A stretch of DNA of 32,000 nucleotides from Nitrosomonas europaea (GCF_900167395.1 NZ_FUWK01000009.1:39666-71665); one strand, 5' to 3'. Positions 1-10,462 are shown, numbered from the stretch's first letter. The notes: generated from the letters alone by a model not told the origin. A program made the numbers and translations.

Positions 1-2160
1 GAGATCAATGAGCAGAAACTGCTGCCCGGCGGATTACAGATCGTTCCGTATTATGACCGTACCGACCTGGTCGATGCCGCATTGTGGACGGTCAGCAAGG
101 TACTGATGGAAGGTATTTTTCTGGTCATCGTCGTGTTGTTCATCTTTCTGGGGGATGTGCGCTCGAGCCTGATCGTGGTGGCAACACTGGTAGTTACGCC
201 CTTACTGACATTCATGATAATGAATCACCAGGGTATCTCCGCCAATCTGATGTCACTGGGCGGGCTTGCGATCGCGATCGGGCTGATGGTCGATTCCACC
301 GTGGTGGTGGTGGAAAATGTCTTTCATCGCCTGGGCCATAGTGGCAACACGCAGGAATCACGTGCGCGTACCATTATTGAGGCGGTGGGTGAGGTCGGTA
401 CACCGGTGATTTTTGGGATTTGCATCATCATTCTGGTGTTTCTGCCACTGATGACGTTACAGGGTATGGAGGGCAAGTTGTTCAGTCCGCTGGCCTTTAC
501 GATTGCGATTGCTTTGGCGATTTCCCTGATCGTCTCGCTGACTTTGTCCCCGGTATTGTGTGCCTATATCCTGAAAGGGGGGGCCGATCACGATACGACG
601 ATCATTGCCAAACTGAAAGCGGCTTACCATTCCTTGCTCAACACTGCACTCAAGCGGGGAAAACTGACAGTTACCACTGCGCTGGGATTATTGCTGCTGT
701 CTTTTGTGTTGTTTCCATTTCTGGGGAAATCGTTTATTCCAACTTTGAAAGAAGGTGCATTGACTCCCCAGATCAACCGGGTAGCCTCGATTTCCCTGTC
801 CGAAGCCATTGAAATGGAAATGGAAGCCATGAAGGCCGTATCGAAGGTGCCAGGGGTGAAAAGTGTGGTATCCAAACTGGGGCGCGGTGAATCTCCTGCT
901 GACCCGGCCGGGCAGAATGAATCCGATCCGATCGTGATACTCGATCCGGAGTCCGGTCGTACCCAGGATGAAGTGGATGAAGATATCCGCAAATTGCTGG
1001 AGGTGCTGCCAGGCGTCAATATCGTTTTGTCACAACCGATTGCCGAAAGAGTGGATGAGATGGTGACTGGTGTACGCTCTGAAATTGCAGTAAAAATTTT
1101 CGGGGACGATCTGAATAAATTGCGTGAGCTGTCGGAACAGATCGCACGCATTTTACGCAGCATTCCGGGTGCACAGGATATTCGTATAGAACGTCTGTCC
1201 GGCCAGCAATCCCTCACCATCGATGTTGATCGTAATGCCATTGCGCGTAACGGTATCAATGTCGCTGATGTGCATGAACTGATCGAGACTGCTGTCGGCG
1301 GTCGTGAAGTCAGTACTTTGTACGAAGGTGAGCGGCGTTTTTCCATCGTGGCACGTTTTCCACAACATTTTCGTGACAGTATCGAAAGCATTCGCAATTT
1401 GCTGCTGCGGGCCCCGGATGGCGTAACCGTGCCCTTATATACTGTTGCTAACATTAACATCGTCGATGGTCCCGCCCAGGTTTCACGTGAAAATGCCAAG
1501 CGTCGCGTAGTAGTCGGATCGAATGTCGAAGGCCGTGATCTGGGCGGGTTTGTAGCAGAGGTACAGGAGCGGATTGCCAAAGAAGTGAAACTGCCTGACG
1601 GTTATTTCTTCGAGTGGGGGGGGCAGTTCGAGAATATGGAGCGTGCTATGGCTACGCTTTCGATCATTGTCCCGATAACGATTTTTGCGATTTTCTTTTT
1701 ACTGTTCATGTTGTTCAATTCCCTCAGATTGGCTGCTTTGATCATTCTGGTGCTGCCATTTGCATCGATAGGGGGTGTATTTGGCCTGTTTGTCACCGGT
1801 GAATATCTATCGGTGCCTGCCTCGGTTGGTTTTATCGCATTGTGGGGAATTGCGGTATTGAACGGAGTGGTGCTGATTTCCTATATTCGCAAATTGCGTG
1901 ATGAGGGGGTCAGCGTGAAGGATGCCGTCATTAAAGGATGCGAGCAGCGCTTCCGCCCGGTCTTGATGACCGCTACGGTAGCCATGCTCGGGCTGGTTCC
2001 GTTTCTGTTCGCGACCGGCCCGGGCTCAGAAGTGCAGCGGCCGCTTGCCATCGTGGTCATCGGCGGGTTGATCACCTCTACGTTGCTGACACTGGTAGTG
2101 TTGCCTGTGCTGTATCGCCGGTTTGATCAACCTCCGGTCACACAGCAGCAAATCCTCTGA
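1..2160 (+). CDS. CzcA/CusA-family heavy-metal efflux RND transporter, C-terminal ~720 aa. The 5-prime end lies outside the window.
   Basis: Frame 1 is open from base 1, with no stop before the tool's start at 82. The product has periplasmic domains alternating with multi-TM blocks, as in RND/ACR_tran pumps. Overall similarity is to CzcA/CusA proteins. Stop codon at 2158-2160. Confidence 0.85.
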   Translation, partial: EINEQKLLPGGLQIVPYYDRTDLVDAALWTVSKVLMEGIFLVIVVLFIFLGDVRSSLIVVATLVVTPLLTFMIMNHQGISANLMSLGGLAIAIGLMVDSTVVVVENVFHRLGHSGNTQESRARTIIEAVGEVGTPVIFGICIIILVFLPLMTLQGMEGKLFSPLAFTIAIALAISLIVSLTLSPVLCAYILKGGADHDTTIIAKLKAAYHSLLNTALKRGKLTVTTALGLLLLSFVLFPFLGKSFIPTLKEGALTPQINRVASISLSEAIEMEMEAMKAVSKVPGVKSVVSKLGRGESPADPAGQNESDPIVILDPESGRTQDEVDEDIRKLLEVLPGVNIVLSQPIAERVDEMVTGVRSEIAVKIFGDDLNKLRELSEQIARILRSIPGAQDIRIERLSGQQSLTIDVDRNAIARNGINVADVHELIETAVGGREVSTLYEGERRFSIVARFPQHFRDSIESIRNLLLRAPDGVTVPLYTVANINIVDGPAQVSRENAKRRVVVGSNVEGRDLGGFVAEVQERIAKEVKLPDGYFFEWGGQFENMERAMATLSIIVPITIFAIFFLLFMLFNSLRLAALIILVLPFASIGGVFGLFVTGEYLSVPASVGFIALWGIAVLNGVVLISYIRKLRDEGVSVKDAVIKGCEQRFRPVLMTATVAMLGLVPFLFATGPGSEVQRPLAIVVIGGLITSTLLTLVVLPVLYRRFDQPPVTQQQIL

Positions 2161-2200
2161 TCGAGATCTTGAACAGGTCCTGAAAGGTGATCCTCAGCCG

Positions 2201-4078
2201 TTAACAGGTTTCGTCATGGCTGCCAGAGCTATGGTCGAGATGACCCAGAAAACCACCAGACTGATGGTTCCAGAGCCTGGCATAAAGCCCGTTGAGTGAC
2301 AGCAGCTCGGCGTGGCGCCCCTGCTCGACGATGTGCCCGTTATCCAGCACGATCAGCCGATCCATGGCCGCAATGGTAGAGAGACGGTGGGCAATGGCGA
2401 TCACGGTTTTGTTTTGCATCAGCTCATGCAGGCTTTGCTGGATACTGGCTTCTATATCAGAATCCAGCGCAGACGTTGCCTCATCCAGAACCAGAATAGG
2501 TGCATTTTTGAGCAGTACCCGGGCAATGGCGATACGCTGGCGTTGCCCGCCTGACAGATTGACTCCGCGTTCTCCCACCATGGCGTCGTACCCTCTGCGG
2601 CCGTAACTGTCTACCAGTTCCTGGATGAATTCATGCGCATGGGCCCGCTGTGCGGCCAGGATGACTTCTTCTTTGGTGGCATCGGGTCTGCCAAACAGGA
2701 TATTTTCACGGATGGAACGGTGCAGCAATGAGGTATCCTGAGTAACGATGGCGATGTTGGCACGCAGGCTCTCCTGCGTTACCGTACGAATATCCTGCTG
2801 ATCGATCTGGATACTGCCCTGCCGGATATCATAAAAACGCAGCAAAAGGTTGATCAGAGTCGATTTTCCGGCACCGGAGGGACCGACAATCCCTACCTTT
2901 TCGCCAGAGCTGATATGGAGATCGAGTGCTTTGAAAATCCGGTGATCCTCGTTTTTAATATCGTTATGGTAGGAAAATTCGACCTGGTTATAATCGATTT
3001 GTCCCTTCGTGACGAATAGCGGTATGGCATCGGGGGTATCTGTTACTGCATATGGTTTGGCCAGCATGTTCATGCCATCCTGCACGATGCCGATGTTCTC
3101 GAATAATTCTCCGACTTCCAGCATGATCCAGTGAGACATCCCGGTCAGGCGGATGGCAAGACTTAGTGCAATGGCAATTGCTCCTGTGCTGATACTTGTA
3201 TCGAGCCACAACAGGATACCAAGTGTGCCGATCGCAAAAACGGACAGCATGTTATTGATCCAGACACAGGTATTCAGCTGCGTCACCAGACGCATTTGCG
3301 GGTGGACGGTATCCAGAAATTCCTGCATACCGTCCCGGGCATAGTCGGATTCCCGCCGGGTGTGGGAGAAGAGCTTGAGGGTGAGAATGTTGGCATAGCT
3401 GTCCACGATGCGCCCAGTCATGTTTGAACGGCTATCTGCCTGAATCCGGGAGATGTGCCGGAGTTTGGGTATGAAGTAGCGCAGAATACACAAGTACACT
3501 GCCAGCCAGATGATCAGCGGAATACAAAGGCGCAGATCTGCATTGGCAATCAGCAGTAATGCAGTTGCCAGATAGACGGTAACAAACAGCAGAACATCGA
3601 GCGTTTTGATGATCGTTTCACGTACAGCCAGTGCCGTTTGCATGACTTTGGTCGCGATACGTCCGCTGAATTCGTTCTGAAAGAAGGCATAACTCTGGTC
3701 AAGCAGGTAGCAATGAGATAGCCAGCGAACGACCATGGGAAAATTTCCCATCAGGGACTGGTACAGAATGACTGAATGGAAGAAAACGATCACTGGCATC
3801 GCTATCAGGATGAAAAGTGACAATCCCAGCAAGGTTAATCTTTCTTCCTGTAAAAACGCTTGTGGATCTTTCTCAGCCAGCCAGTCTATGATGGTTCCCA
3901 GTACACCGAACAGCATGGCTTCACCGACGGCAACACAAAAGGTGGCGATCGCCAGCAAAATGAAATAAATCTCTGCACCTTTCATGTAATGGCGGCAGAA
4001 CCGGTAGAGCGTAGCAGGAGGTTCGGTCAGTTTGCCGGATGGAAAGGGGTTGATCAGGCGTTCGAAATAACGGAGCAT
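2201..4078 (-). CDS. ABC transporter, fused permease/ATP-binding protein (exporter type)
   Basis: 625 aa with an N-terminal 6-TM domain and a C-terminal NBD. Motifs seen: Walker A GPSGAGKST, signature LSGGQRQR, Walker B ILVLDEATS, H-loop IAHRL. Convergent with the RND gene. Confidence 0.85.
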   Translation of the reverse strand: MLRYFERLINPFPSGKLTEPPATLYRFCRHYMKGAEIYFILLAIATFCVAVGEAMLFGVLGTIIDWLAEKDPQAFLQEERLTLLGLSLFILIAMPVIVFFHSVILYQSLMGNFPMVVRWLSHCYLLDQSYAFFQNEFSGRIATKVMQTALAVRETIIKTLDVLLFVTVYLATALLLIANADLRLCIPLIIWLAVYLCILRYFIPKLRHISRIQADSRSNMTGRIVDSYANILTLKLFSHTRRESDYARDGMQEFLDTVHPQMRLVTQLNTCVWINNMLSVFAIGTLGILLWLDTSISTGAIAIALSLAIRLTGMSHWIMLEVGELFENIGIVQDGMNMLAKPYAVTDTPDAIPLFVTKGQIDYNQVEFSYHNDIKNEDHRIFKALDLHISSGEKVGIVGPSGAGKSTLINLLLRFYDIRQGSIQIDQQDIRTVTQESLRANIAIVTQDTSLLHRSIRENILFGRPDATKEEVILAAQRAHAHEFIQELVDSYGRRGYDAMVGERGVNLSGGQRQRIAIARVLLKNAPILVLDEATSALDSDIEASIQQSLHELMQNKTVIAIAHRLSTIAAMDRLIVLDNGHIVEQGRHAELLSLNGLYARLWNHQSGGFLGHLDHSSGSHDETC

Positions 4079-4309
4079 AAAATCGTGTTTCAGAAAAAAC
4101 AGGTGGTGAGAAATATCAGATGAACCACATTATGGTTGCGGTGTAAATATTGATATCCATCAGAATTCACAAGGATACCGGATTTTGTCAGGTAACTGAT
4201 TCTGGAAATCCGGCAGATAACCGGGTGGATATTTTCGTTTCGGCCACGGCGACTGGTCTGATCGACCAGCAATGACCGATATGGATGAAGTGTTTCCCGG
4301 CACTGCGGG

Positions 4310-6361
4310 CTACGGGGGAGAGACTAACGGCAGCATGACTGTAAAAATCGTTCCTTTCGATACTTCGCTGGATACATGCAATTTCCCACCGATTTCCTCG
4401 ACATATTCCCTGCTTTCGAAAACACCGATACCCATCCCTGCTGTTTTGGTCGATTCGAAAGGAGTGAACAGTTTCTCGCGGATGAATTGCTCACTCATAC
4501 CATGTCCGCTATCTTCGATTTCGATGACTGCCCATCCGGGCTGCTGCTTGAGCCGCACCTCGACATACCCATCTTTGGGAGTCGCCTCGATTGCATTCTG
4601 TACCAGATGGCCAAGGACGCGTTCCAGACGTGACAGATCAGCCAGTACATTCAGTTCTGTGTCGAGGATGTCAAGTACCGGCTGAGGTTCATAAAAGGAT
4701 TTGCTGGCAATGATCCGTTGCAGCAGCTCATTCAGAGACAGGGCATTCTTTTCTTCACGTATGTTTTCACTGCTGAGTTTTTCAAGCATGCGTTTCATTT
4801 TATTGACGGATAACGCTACGGTGTCCAGCATATCCTGCTGAAATTCCGGGTTATCCTTATGCTTTTCTGCATTGGTAAGTAACAGCGAAAGCTGAGCGAT
4901 CAGATTTTTGATGTCATGTACGATGAATGTGGACATGCGATTGAAGGATTCAAATTGCCGGGCCGTGGATAATGCCTGGGCTGCCTCGTACTGCGCCAGA
5001 TAACTGGCTGCCTGTCTTCCTGCTACTTTCAGTAAATCCCTGACTTCCCAGTTGAACTCGACTGCGCTGCGCGGTTCGGTCAGCACTACGAATCCCAGCA
5101 GTTCTCCGTGTAATATCAGTGGTACCACCCAGCGTGCCTTGGGAATGGTGGGCAGCCAGTCGGGTAATATCATGGCCGCGTATTTCTGTGATTCGGAATC
5201 ATGCTGGTATAAATCGATTACCCAGGAGCTTTCCTGCATGAACTGGCAAAAATAGCTATCTATTGCCACGGAAGCGTCGATATGTGGAATATTCCAGCGG
5301 GCAATCGGCAGATAGGCATGGTGTTGTTCCGATTTGAACCATACTCCTCCGGCCGGACTTTCGACGAGCTGTGCGAGTGACTTGATCACCCGAACCCTCA
5401 ATTCTGTTTCTTCCTCGGACAGAGTGCGTGTAAAGCGCAGCCACTCCTCACGATAGTCATAGTTGTAACTGAAGAAATGTTTACTGATGAACACCTTGAG
5501 CCAGGAACGCGTCGTCCCGGAGAACAGTACGACGATCAGCAGAATAATCGCCCCGAACAGGAAAGTGAGCTGGAATATCGTCCCCCAGGTGCCTCCCGAG
5601 AATCGGAGGTAATAGCCTGCTGCGGCCATCAGTAACAGGTAAACTGCCGCGCCGAACAATGCGGAAGAGTAAAACAGGATGCGCCTCGAAACCGCAATAC
5701 CTACCGTCCATTTCGGATTGCGCGCGGCTGAGAGGGCAATCAGCGGAACGATGAGTGTATTGACCCATCCCCGGGCAACCCAGATATCGGCACTGATTTT
5801 TCTGAACAAGAGTGCATCGCTGTACAGATAAAAATCGTAGACAAACAGGCCGCCGATACCCAGGCAGATGAATTTGGTTCCCCAGCGCTGTTCACGGGGA
5901 GTGTTCCGGTAGTACTGTTCCACCAGGATCATCCCGATGATGGCCATTGCCACCCATATAAGAAAATCCCGGGAAGCACCCGGCTGATCCGGATCGATAC
6001 CGGTGGTCTGACCAAAAACGACTATCTGAGCCAGGCAAATCAGGTAGAACAGAGCGATGGCAGCGACTGCCGGTCTGATTTTAGGTGATGTGTTATCTGT
6101 CTTTCCCGGCTGGAAGGGCCCCAGCAAGGTGATCAGGAAGATGGTCAGGGTAGCGTTGCGCAGCAGTTCCAGTACCTGGATCAACAGAGGATAGGCGTAA
6201 TCCAGATAGGACAGCCCTGCGATCGTTGCCGCCCATATCGAGGAGGAAAGACAGGCTGCTGCCAGTAATAAACCATAAAGACGTCCCCGCCAGCTGGTAA
6301 TGAGCAGAATGGATAAAAAGAAAAAGGCTGCTGCTGCTGCTGCGTAGCTCAGGGTTGTCAT
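4310..6361 (-). CDS. prsK: PEP-CTERM-system (XrtA-associated) sensor histidine kinase PrsK
   Basis: Long polytopic N-terminal domain, then a GAF-like region. H-box FIVHDIKNL followed by NAEKHKDNPEFQQDML, which I recall as characteristic of TIGR02916. C-terminal HATPase (DSGHGM, GMGIGV). The longest ORF starts at 6433 and would overlap the upstream gene. ATG at 6361 (MTTLSYAAAAAAFFF) is preferred. Confidence 0.8.
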   Translation of the reverse strand: MTTLSYAAAAAAFFFLSILLITSWRGRLYGLLLAAACLSSSIWAATIAGLSYLDYAYPLLIQVLELLRNATLTIFLITLLGPFQPGKTDNTSPKIRPAVAAIALFYLICLAQIVVFGQTTGIDPDQPGASRDFLIWVAMAIIGMILVEQYYRNTPREQRWGTKFICLGIGGLFVYDFYLYSDALLFRKISADIWVARGWVNTLIVPLIALSAARNPKWTVGIAVSRRILFYSSALFGAAVYLLLMAAAGYYLRFSGGTWGTIFQLTFLFGAIILLIVVLFSGTTRSWLKVFISKHFFSYNYDYREEWLRFTRTLSEEETELRVRVIKSLAQLVESPAGGVWFKSEQHHAYLPIARWNIPHIDASVAIDSYFCQFMQESSWVIDLYQHDSESQKYAAMILPDWLPTIPKARWVVPLILHGELLGFVVLTEPRSAVEFNWEVRDLLKVAGRQAASYLAQYEAAQALSTARQFESFNRMSTFIVHDIKNLIAQLSLLLTNAEKHKDNPEFQQDMLDTVALSVNKMKRMLEKLSSENIREEKNALSLNELLQRIIASKSFYEPQPVLDILDTELNVLADLSRLERVLGHLVQNAIEATPKDGYVEVRLKQQPGWAVIEIEDSGHGMSEQFIREKLFTPFESTKTAGMGIGVFESREYVEEIGGKLHVSSEVSKGTIFTVMLPLVSPP

Positions 6362-6398
6362 GGTGGTCAGCACGGGGGGAGGTCGTGACTGCCAAAAT

Positions 6399-7688
6399 TC
6401 ATCGGCTGCCTTTGCGCAACAGGACGACGCCAACAGTGTCGATCAGAATGACGAAATCGAGAAACAGGCTGTGGTTTTTGACGTAATACAGATCGTACTG
6501 GAGCTTCTCGATGGCATCCTCAATCGATGCTCCATAGGGATAGCGTACCTGGGCCCAGCCGGTAATACCCGGCTTGATACTGTGCCGCATGTTGTAATAG
6601 GGAACCTGTGCACTCAGCATGTCAACGAAATGAGGCCGTTCGGGCCGCGGACCGACGAAACTCATTTCACCCTTGAGCACATTGATGATCTGCGGTAGTT
6701 CGTCGATTCTCAGTTTGCGGATGATTCGCCCCACCCGCGTCGAACGGGGGTCGTCCGTAGTGGCCCATTGTGGTTTTCCGGCTTTTTCCGCATCGTTGAA
6801 CATGCTGCGGAATTTGATGACCATGTAAGTTTTTCCCGCATCCCCCACTCTTTCCTGACGATAAAATACCGGCCACCCGTCTTCGATCACTATCAGCAGT
6901 GCAGTCAGTAACATAATGGGTAATGTAACGATCAGCAGCAACAGGCTGGTGATGATATCGAACATGCGTTTGACCACGGTTCTCAAAGTTCCCTGGTTGA
7001 AGCCGCTGCCAAACACCAGCCAGCTGGGATAGAGTGAATCCATTCGCAAGTGGCCGCACTCTCTCTCAAAGAAACCAACCAGATCAGTGACTTTTATACC
7101 GCTTATTCTGCATTCCAGCAGCTCCTGAATGGGAAAAGTGCCTCCTCGTCTTTCCTGCGTTGCGACGATGACTTCACTGGCATCATATTGATCGACCAGA
7201 GAGGCCAGTGAACCGGCTTTCGGGATGATCATTTCCGCTGGAACATGACGGCTTTCTTTATCGAATGGTACAAATCCAACAATTTTTAAATTAGGCAGAA
7301 TGGAAGTCTTGTCAATGAGATCGAGCAATTCTCTGGCATTTACCCCGGCACCCAGTACGAGCGCACGGGGGCGTAAACTGTCGAGCCCGGACCACCTGAA
7401 AAAAAGCAGTCGGATGATCAATATCAGCAACAAGGCCAGCAGCATTACGATGGCCAGTAGTCCACGACCGAAGTAAAGATCCGGAAACAGATAAAAAATA
7501 AGAGTGATGAAACCAAAACCCAGCGCAAGGGAAGGGAGCAGTCTGAGCAGAATCCCTTCGAAATCCTGCCGGCCGTCCAATTGGTACATACCCAGCGCAG
7601 CCATGCTGGCGAGGATTACGAAAGTAAAAGTGACCGCTCCAGGTAATTGTGAGATCAGTGATCCCGATACCGGGACATCCCATTGCAT
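6399..7688 (-). CDS. Polyprenyl glycosylphosphotransferase (bacterial sugar transferase, EpsB/WbaP-like, EPS priming enzyme). The N-terminus appears frameshifted and the intact gene would span 6399..7795.
   Basis: 429-aa ORF. The C-terminal PF02397-type domain carries [27 protein letters not shown] central Rossmann-like region (LVLGAG) and TM helices are present. The family-typical N-terminus (IRVSNHYIS...) is encoded upstream in another frame, as described in the findings. Confidence 0.85.
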   Translation of the reverse strand: MQWDVPVSGSLISQLPGAVTFTFVILASMAALGMYQLDGRQDFEGILLRLLPSLALGFGFITLIFYLFPDLYFGRGLLAIVMLLALLLILIIRLLFFRWSGLDSLRPRALVLGAGVNARELLDLIDKTSILPNLKIVGFVPFDKESRHVPAEMIIPKAGSLASLVDQYDASEVIVATQERRGGTFPIQELLECRISGIKVTDLVGFFERECGHLRMDSLYPSWLVFGSGFNQGTLRTVVKRMFDIITSLLLLIVTLPIMLLTALLIVIEDGWPVFYRQERVGDAGKTYMVIKFRSMFNDAEKAGKPQWATTDDPRSTRVGRIIRKLRIDELPQIINVLKGEMSFVGPRPERPHFVDMLSAQVPYYNMRHSIKPGITGWAQVRYPYGASIEDAIEKLQYDLYYVKNHSLFLDFVILIDTVGVVLLRKGSR

Positions 7689-7709
7689 GAATCGAATGGC
7701 CGCACCGGC

Positions 7710-7716
7710 AAAAAAA
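7710..7716. other. A7 (T7 on the coding strand) homopolymer at the frame junction of the sugar transferase gene
   Basis: Read directly: ccggc-aaaaaaa-ccgc. The upstream and downstream reading frames of the same protein family meet here. T8 or T5 would restore a single ORF. Confidence 0.8.
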
Positions 7717-7884
7717 CCGCAAGCAATGCAGCAGCCTCGATGCTGGCGAGCAATACGGAAAATCCGGAAATGTAATGATTAGATACCCGAATCAAAGCAT
7801 ACCCCAGCCAGAATGACGTATAAATAAACGGATCGGTAAAAAACGGTAAGATCGATGGCGAGCCATCTCACTGTCATAAAACGA

Positions 7885-8664
7885 TCAGAAGCCACCTTGT
7901 TTGAGCAGATCAATAACGTAGTTAGCCGGGATGGCATAGCTGATCCCGCTTGGATCGCTCAGTATAGACTCCTTTTTGCCTTTTATGAAAACCATATTCA
8001 CCACCCCGTAAACCTCTCCGGTATCCGGGTCATACAATGGGCTTCCGCTGTTGCCCGGATAAGCCGTACCATCGAGCTGAAATATTTTGTAAGCCGATTT
8101 TTGCAGTTGTCGAATTTTTGCCGCATCGAGCTGCCTGGCATTTTGTGCAGGCAGGATGACAGGCGTGATTGAAGAAATGGTAGCTCGATGGGTCACCGGG
8201 TAGAAGCCGAGTACCATTCCGATGGGAAAGCCGGTAAATGCCAGCAATTTTCCTTCTTTTATCGTGCCGGCATCCCCCAGTTTCATTGCAGGTAATGCTG
8301 TTCCCTCGAAACGCAAGAGAGCAAGATCATGTTCTTTATCCAGAGCAATGATCGTGGCATTTCTCAGCTCAGGTTTTTCACCCTTTCCGGTCATGATGAT
8401 CAATGAGCCTTTGCTGGTATTGCTGGATAAATCAGAAATCACATGGGCATTGGTTATGGCATGTAAACCATCTTCGACCACGAAGCCGGTACCAAGAAAA
8501 TTGACAGGGGGAGAATGTAATTTCTGGAAAGAGCCTATTCCAACAATTGCCGGTTTGATTCGCTCCACTGTTTTTACGAGATCTGCCTGACAGAATGGAG
8601 AATAGAGCAGTACCAGACACACGATAAACAATCGCAGAACGGGAAATGCAGCCGGGTTGAACAT
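7885..8664 (-). CDS. Secreted trypsin-like (S1/S1C) serine protease
   Basis: Catalytic triad motifs TNAHV, DLALL and GNSGSP are present. A signal-peptide-like N-terminus (MFNPAAFPVLRLFIVCLVLLYSPFCQA) follows the ATG at 8664. The longer tool ORF, running to 8832, overlaps tRNA-Val and was trimmed. Confidence 0.8.
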   Translation of the reverse strand: MFNPAAFPVLRLFIVCLVLLYSPFCQADLVKTVERIKPAIVGIGSFQKLHSPPVNFLGTGFVVEDGLHAITNAHVISDLSSNTSKGSLIIMTGKGEKPELRNATIIALDKEHDLALLRFEGTALPAMKLGDAGTIKEGKLLAFTGFPIGMVLGFYPVTHRATISSITPVILPAQNARQLDAAKIRQLQKSAYKIFQLDGTAYPGNSGSPLYDPDTGEVYGVVNMVFIKGKKESILSDPSGISYAIPANYVIDLLKQGGF

Positions 8665-8805
8665 GTGGCAGGAGTAAAATGGGTTGAAGAGTGGTGCCCG
8701 CAGTGACTGCAGGACACCGTTCAAAAAATTATTCCTGTCATATAAACCGGTCCTTCCATGCCAATGACAAGCTGGCACAGGTTGTTCTGGCGTGACAGAA
8801 AAATC

Positions 8806-8880
8806 TGGTAGGCGGTACTGGAATCGAACCAATGACTTCCACCGTGTGAAGGTGACACTCTACCGCTGAGTTAACCGCCT
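8806..8880 (-). tRNA. tRNA-Val (anticodon CAC)
   Basis: A 75-nt cloverleaf was folded by hand. Acceptor AGGCGGT/ACCGCCT, D arm ACTC-AGCGGTA-GAGT, anticodon loop TTCACAC, T arm ATTGG-TTCGATT-CCAGT, encoded CCA. Confidence 0.9.
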
Positions 8881-8903
8881 CTTTGTTGCCTCTTAACGAC
8901 AGG

Positions 8904-8933
8904 ATTAGACCATAGCCTGTTTATGCCGGTCAA
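8904..8933 (-). promoter_or_regulatory. Putative sigma70 promoter of tRNA-Val
   Basis: On the minus strand: TTGACC (8933-8928), an 18-nt spacer, then TCTAAT (8909-8904). The -10 element ends 23 nt upstream of the mature tRNA 5-prime end. Confidence 0.35.
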
Positions 8934-9076
8934 TTATTATCGTTCTCCTGAATTCCTGCAAAATAATTGTTTCTGCCCCTAAGGCAAACTCGGCCAATCT
9001 GCTATACAATTTCAACCATTGCAATATCAGCCCGCGGCAACAGGCTCCACTCTTAATATCCGGCAAGATTTACCCT

Positions 9077-10462
9077 ATGTTCATCAGCGTACTCGATCTG
9101 TTCAAAATTGGTATTGGCCCTTCCAGTTCTCACACCATGGGGCCAATGACGGCAGCAAATGTTTTCCGTGATCATGTCGATCAGTTGGTCTCGCAGACTC
9201 CAGACGATCTCAACTATCGTGTCTATTGTGTGCTCAAGGGTTCGCTTGCCTTTACCGGCAGAGGGCATGCAACGGACAGGGCAGTGGCTTTGGGATTGCA
9301 CGGCCATAGCCCCGTCTCGCTTGCCGGAGAGGATGTCAATGCACTGACGGCAAAACTCTGGGCCACCGATACGTTGCAACTTACCAGCGGGAGAGAGATT
9401 GGTTTCAACCCTGAGGATGATATCGTTTTTGATAAATCGGACCCATTGCCGCAACACCCCAATGGCATGATTTTTTATCTGCTGGATGAAGAGGGGAAAA
9501 AAATTCTGTCAGAAACCTTTTTTTCCATCGGGGGCGGGTTCATCTGCACCCTGGCAGAAATCAACCAGCTGAATGCTCCGCTCAAAATGGAATCTGCCGG
9601 GTTGTATCCCTATCCGTTCGATTCTGCGATCGGCATGCTAGAAATGTCTCAGCAGAGCGGCTTATCCATCGCCGAAATGAAGCGTGCCAATGAGTTGACC
9701 AGAATGTCGGCGCAGGAGCTTGAACAAGGGTTGGATAGTATCTGGAAAGCCATGTGTCACTGTGTCGAGCAGGGATTGACGGCAGAAGGCCGTCTCCCGG
9801 GCGGGTTGAGTATACGCAGACGTGCAAAAGATTTGTACGAACAACTGCAGATGCATCCGGAAAAGGCCACACTGAACGATTGGTTATGTGCTTACGCTAT
9901 GGCAGTCAATGAAGAAAATGCTGCAGGGCACATGGTCGTTACAGCACCCACCAACGGTGCTGCCGGGGTTATTCCGGCAGTCATTTACTATCTGCTCAAA
10001 CATGAAGGCGGTACTGAACAGCAGGTACGGGATCTCCTGCTGACAGCTGCGGCCATTGGCGGGCTGATCAAGCACCTCAGCTCTATTTCCGGTGCCGAAG
10101 TAGGTTGCCAGGGAGAAGTAGGTTCAGCAGCAGCCATGGCTGCGGCCGGTCTCTGTGCGGTACGAGGAGGTACTACCGAGCAGGTCGAAAATGCCGCTGA
10201 AATTGCGCTGGAACATCACCTGGGTATGACCTGTGACCCGGTCGGTGGGCTGGTTCAGGTGCCTTGCATCGAACGCAATGGCTTTGGCGCAATCAAGGCA
10301 CACACTGCCGCTGCGCTTGCCTGTCGCGGTACTGGCGAGCATTTCATCCCCCTTGATAACTGTATCAATGCAATGAAGCAGACTGGCCTGGAGATGTCGC
10401 ACAAATACAAGGAAACTTCACTGGGCGGCCTGGCTGTCAGTGTCAGTATCACTGAATGTTGA
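9077..10462 (+). CDS. sdaA: L-serine ammonia-lyase (L-serine dehydratase, single-chain iron-sulfur type)
   Basis: 461 aa. The N-terminus [24 protein letters not shown] is typical of SdaA. Fused beta and alpha domains, including the CIERNG region. Confidence 0.9.
   Translation: MFISVLDLFKIGIGPSSSHTMGPMTAANVFRDHVDQLVSQTPDDLNYRVYCVLKGSLAFTGRGHATDRAVALGLHGHSPVSLAGEDVNALTAKLWATDTLQLTSGREIGFNPEDDIVFDKSDPLPQHPNGMIFYLLDEEGKKILSETFFSIGGGFICTLAEINQLNAPLKMESAGLYPYPFDSAIGMLEMSQQSGLSIAEMKRANELTRMSAQELEQGLDSIWKAMCHCVEQGLTAEGRLPGGLSIRRRAKDLYEQLQMHPEKATLNDWLCAYAMAVNEENAAGHMVVTAPTNGAAGVIPAVIYYLLKHEGGTEQQVRDLLLTAAAIGGLIKHLSSISGAEVGCQGEVGSAAAMAAAGLCAVRGGTTEQVENAAEIALEHHLGMTCDPVGGLVQVPCIERNGFGAIKAHTAAALACRGTGEHFIPLDNCINAMKQTGLEMSHKYKETSLGGLAVSVSITEC

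Noticed and set aside
624-1580. 318-aa minus-strand ORF inside the RND gene, and the similar 309-aa ORF at 10826-11755 antisense to eamA.
   Set aside because: They lie antisense to genes with clear family signatures. The sequences are Ser/Arg/Thr-rich and low-complexity.
4090-4272. 60-aa minus-strand ORF in the prsK-ABC gap, considered as a possible prsR remnant.
   Set aside because: No receiver-domain motifs, no SD sequence and an unconvincing composition. The other two frames of the gap are closed or equally featureless.
6327-6344. (GCT)5-GCG trinucleotide run in prsK.
   Set aside because: It is an in-frame Ala6 stretch inside a hydrophobic N-terminal helix (YAAAAAAFFF). Length changes would keep the frame, so it is not a plausible switch.
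8681-8700. Sigma54-like element GGGCAC-N5-TTCAA upstream of the protease gene. It would be relevant because PrsR is a sigma54 activator.
   Set aside because: It lacks the essential -12 GC dinucleotide and the leading T of TGGCAC.
7885-8832. Full 315-aa version of the protease ORF.
   Set aside because: Its first 56 codons overlap the tRNA-Val gene (8806-8880) and do not look like protein. The internal ATG at 8664 begins a plausible signal peptide.
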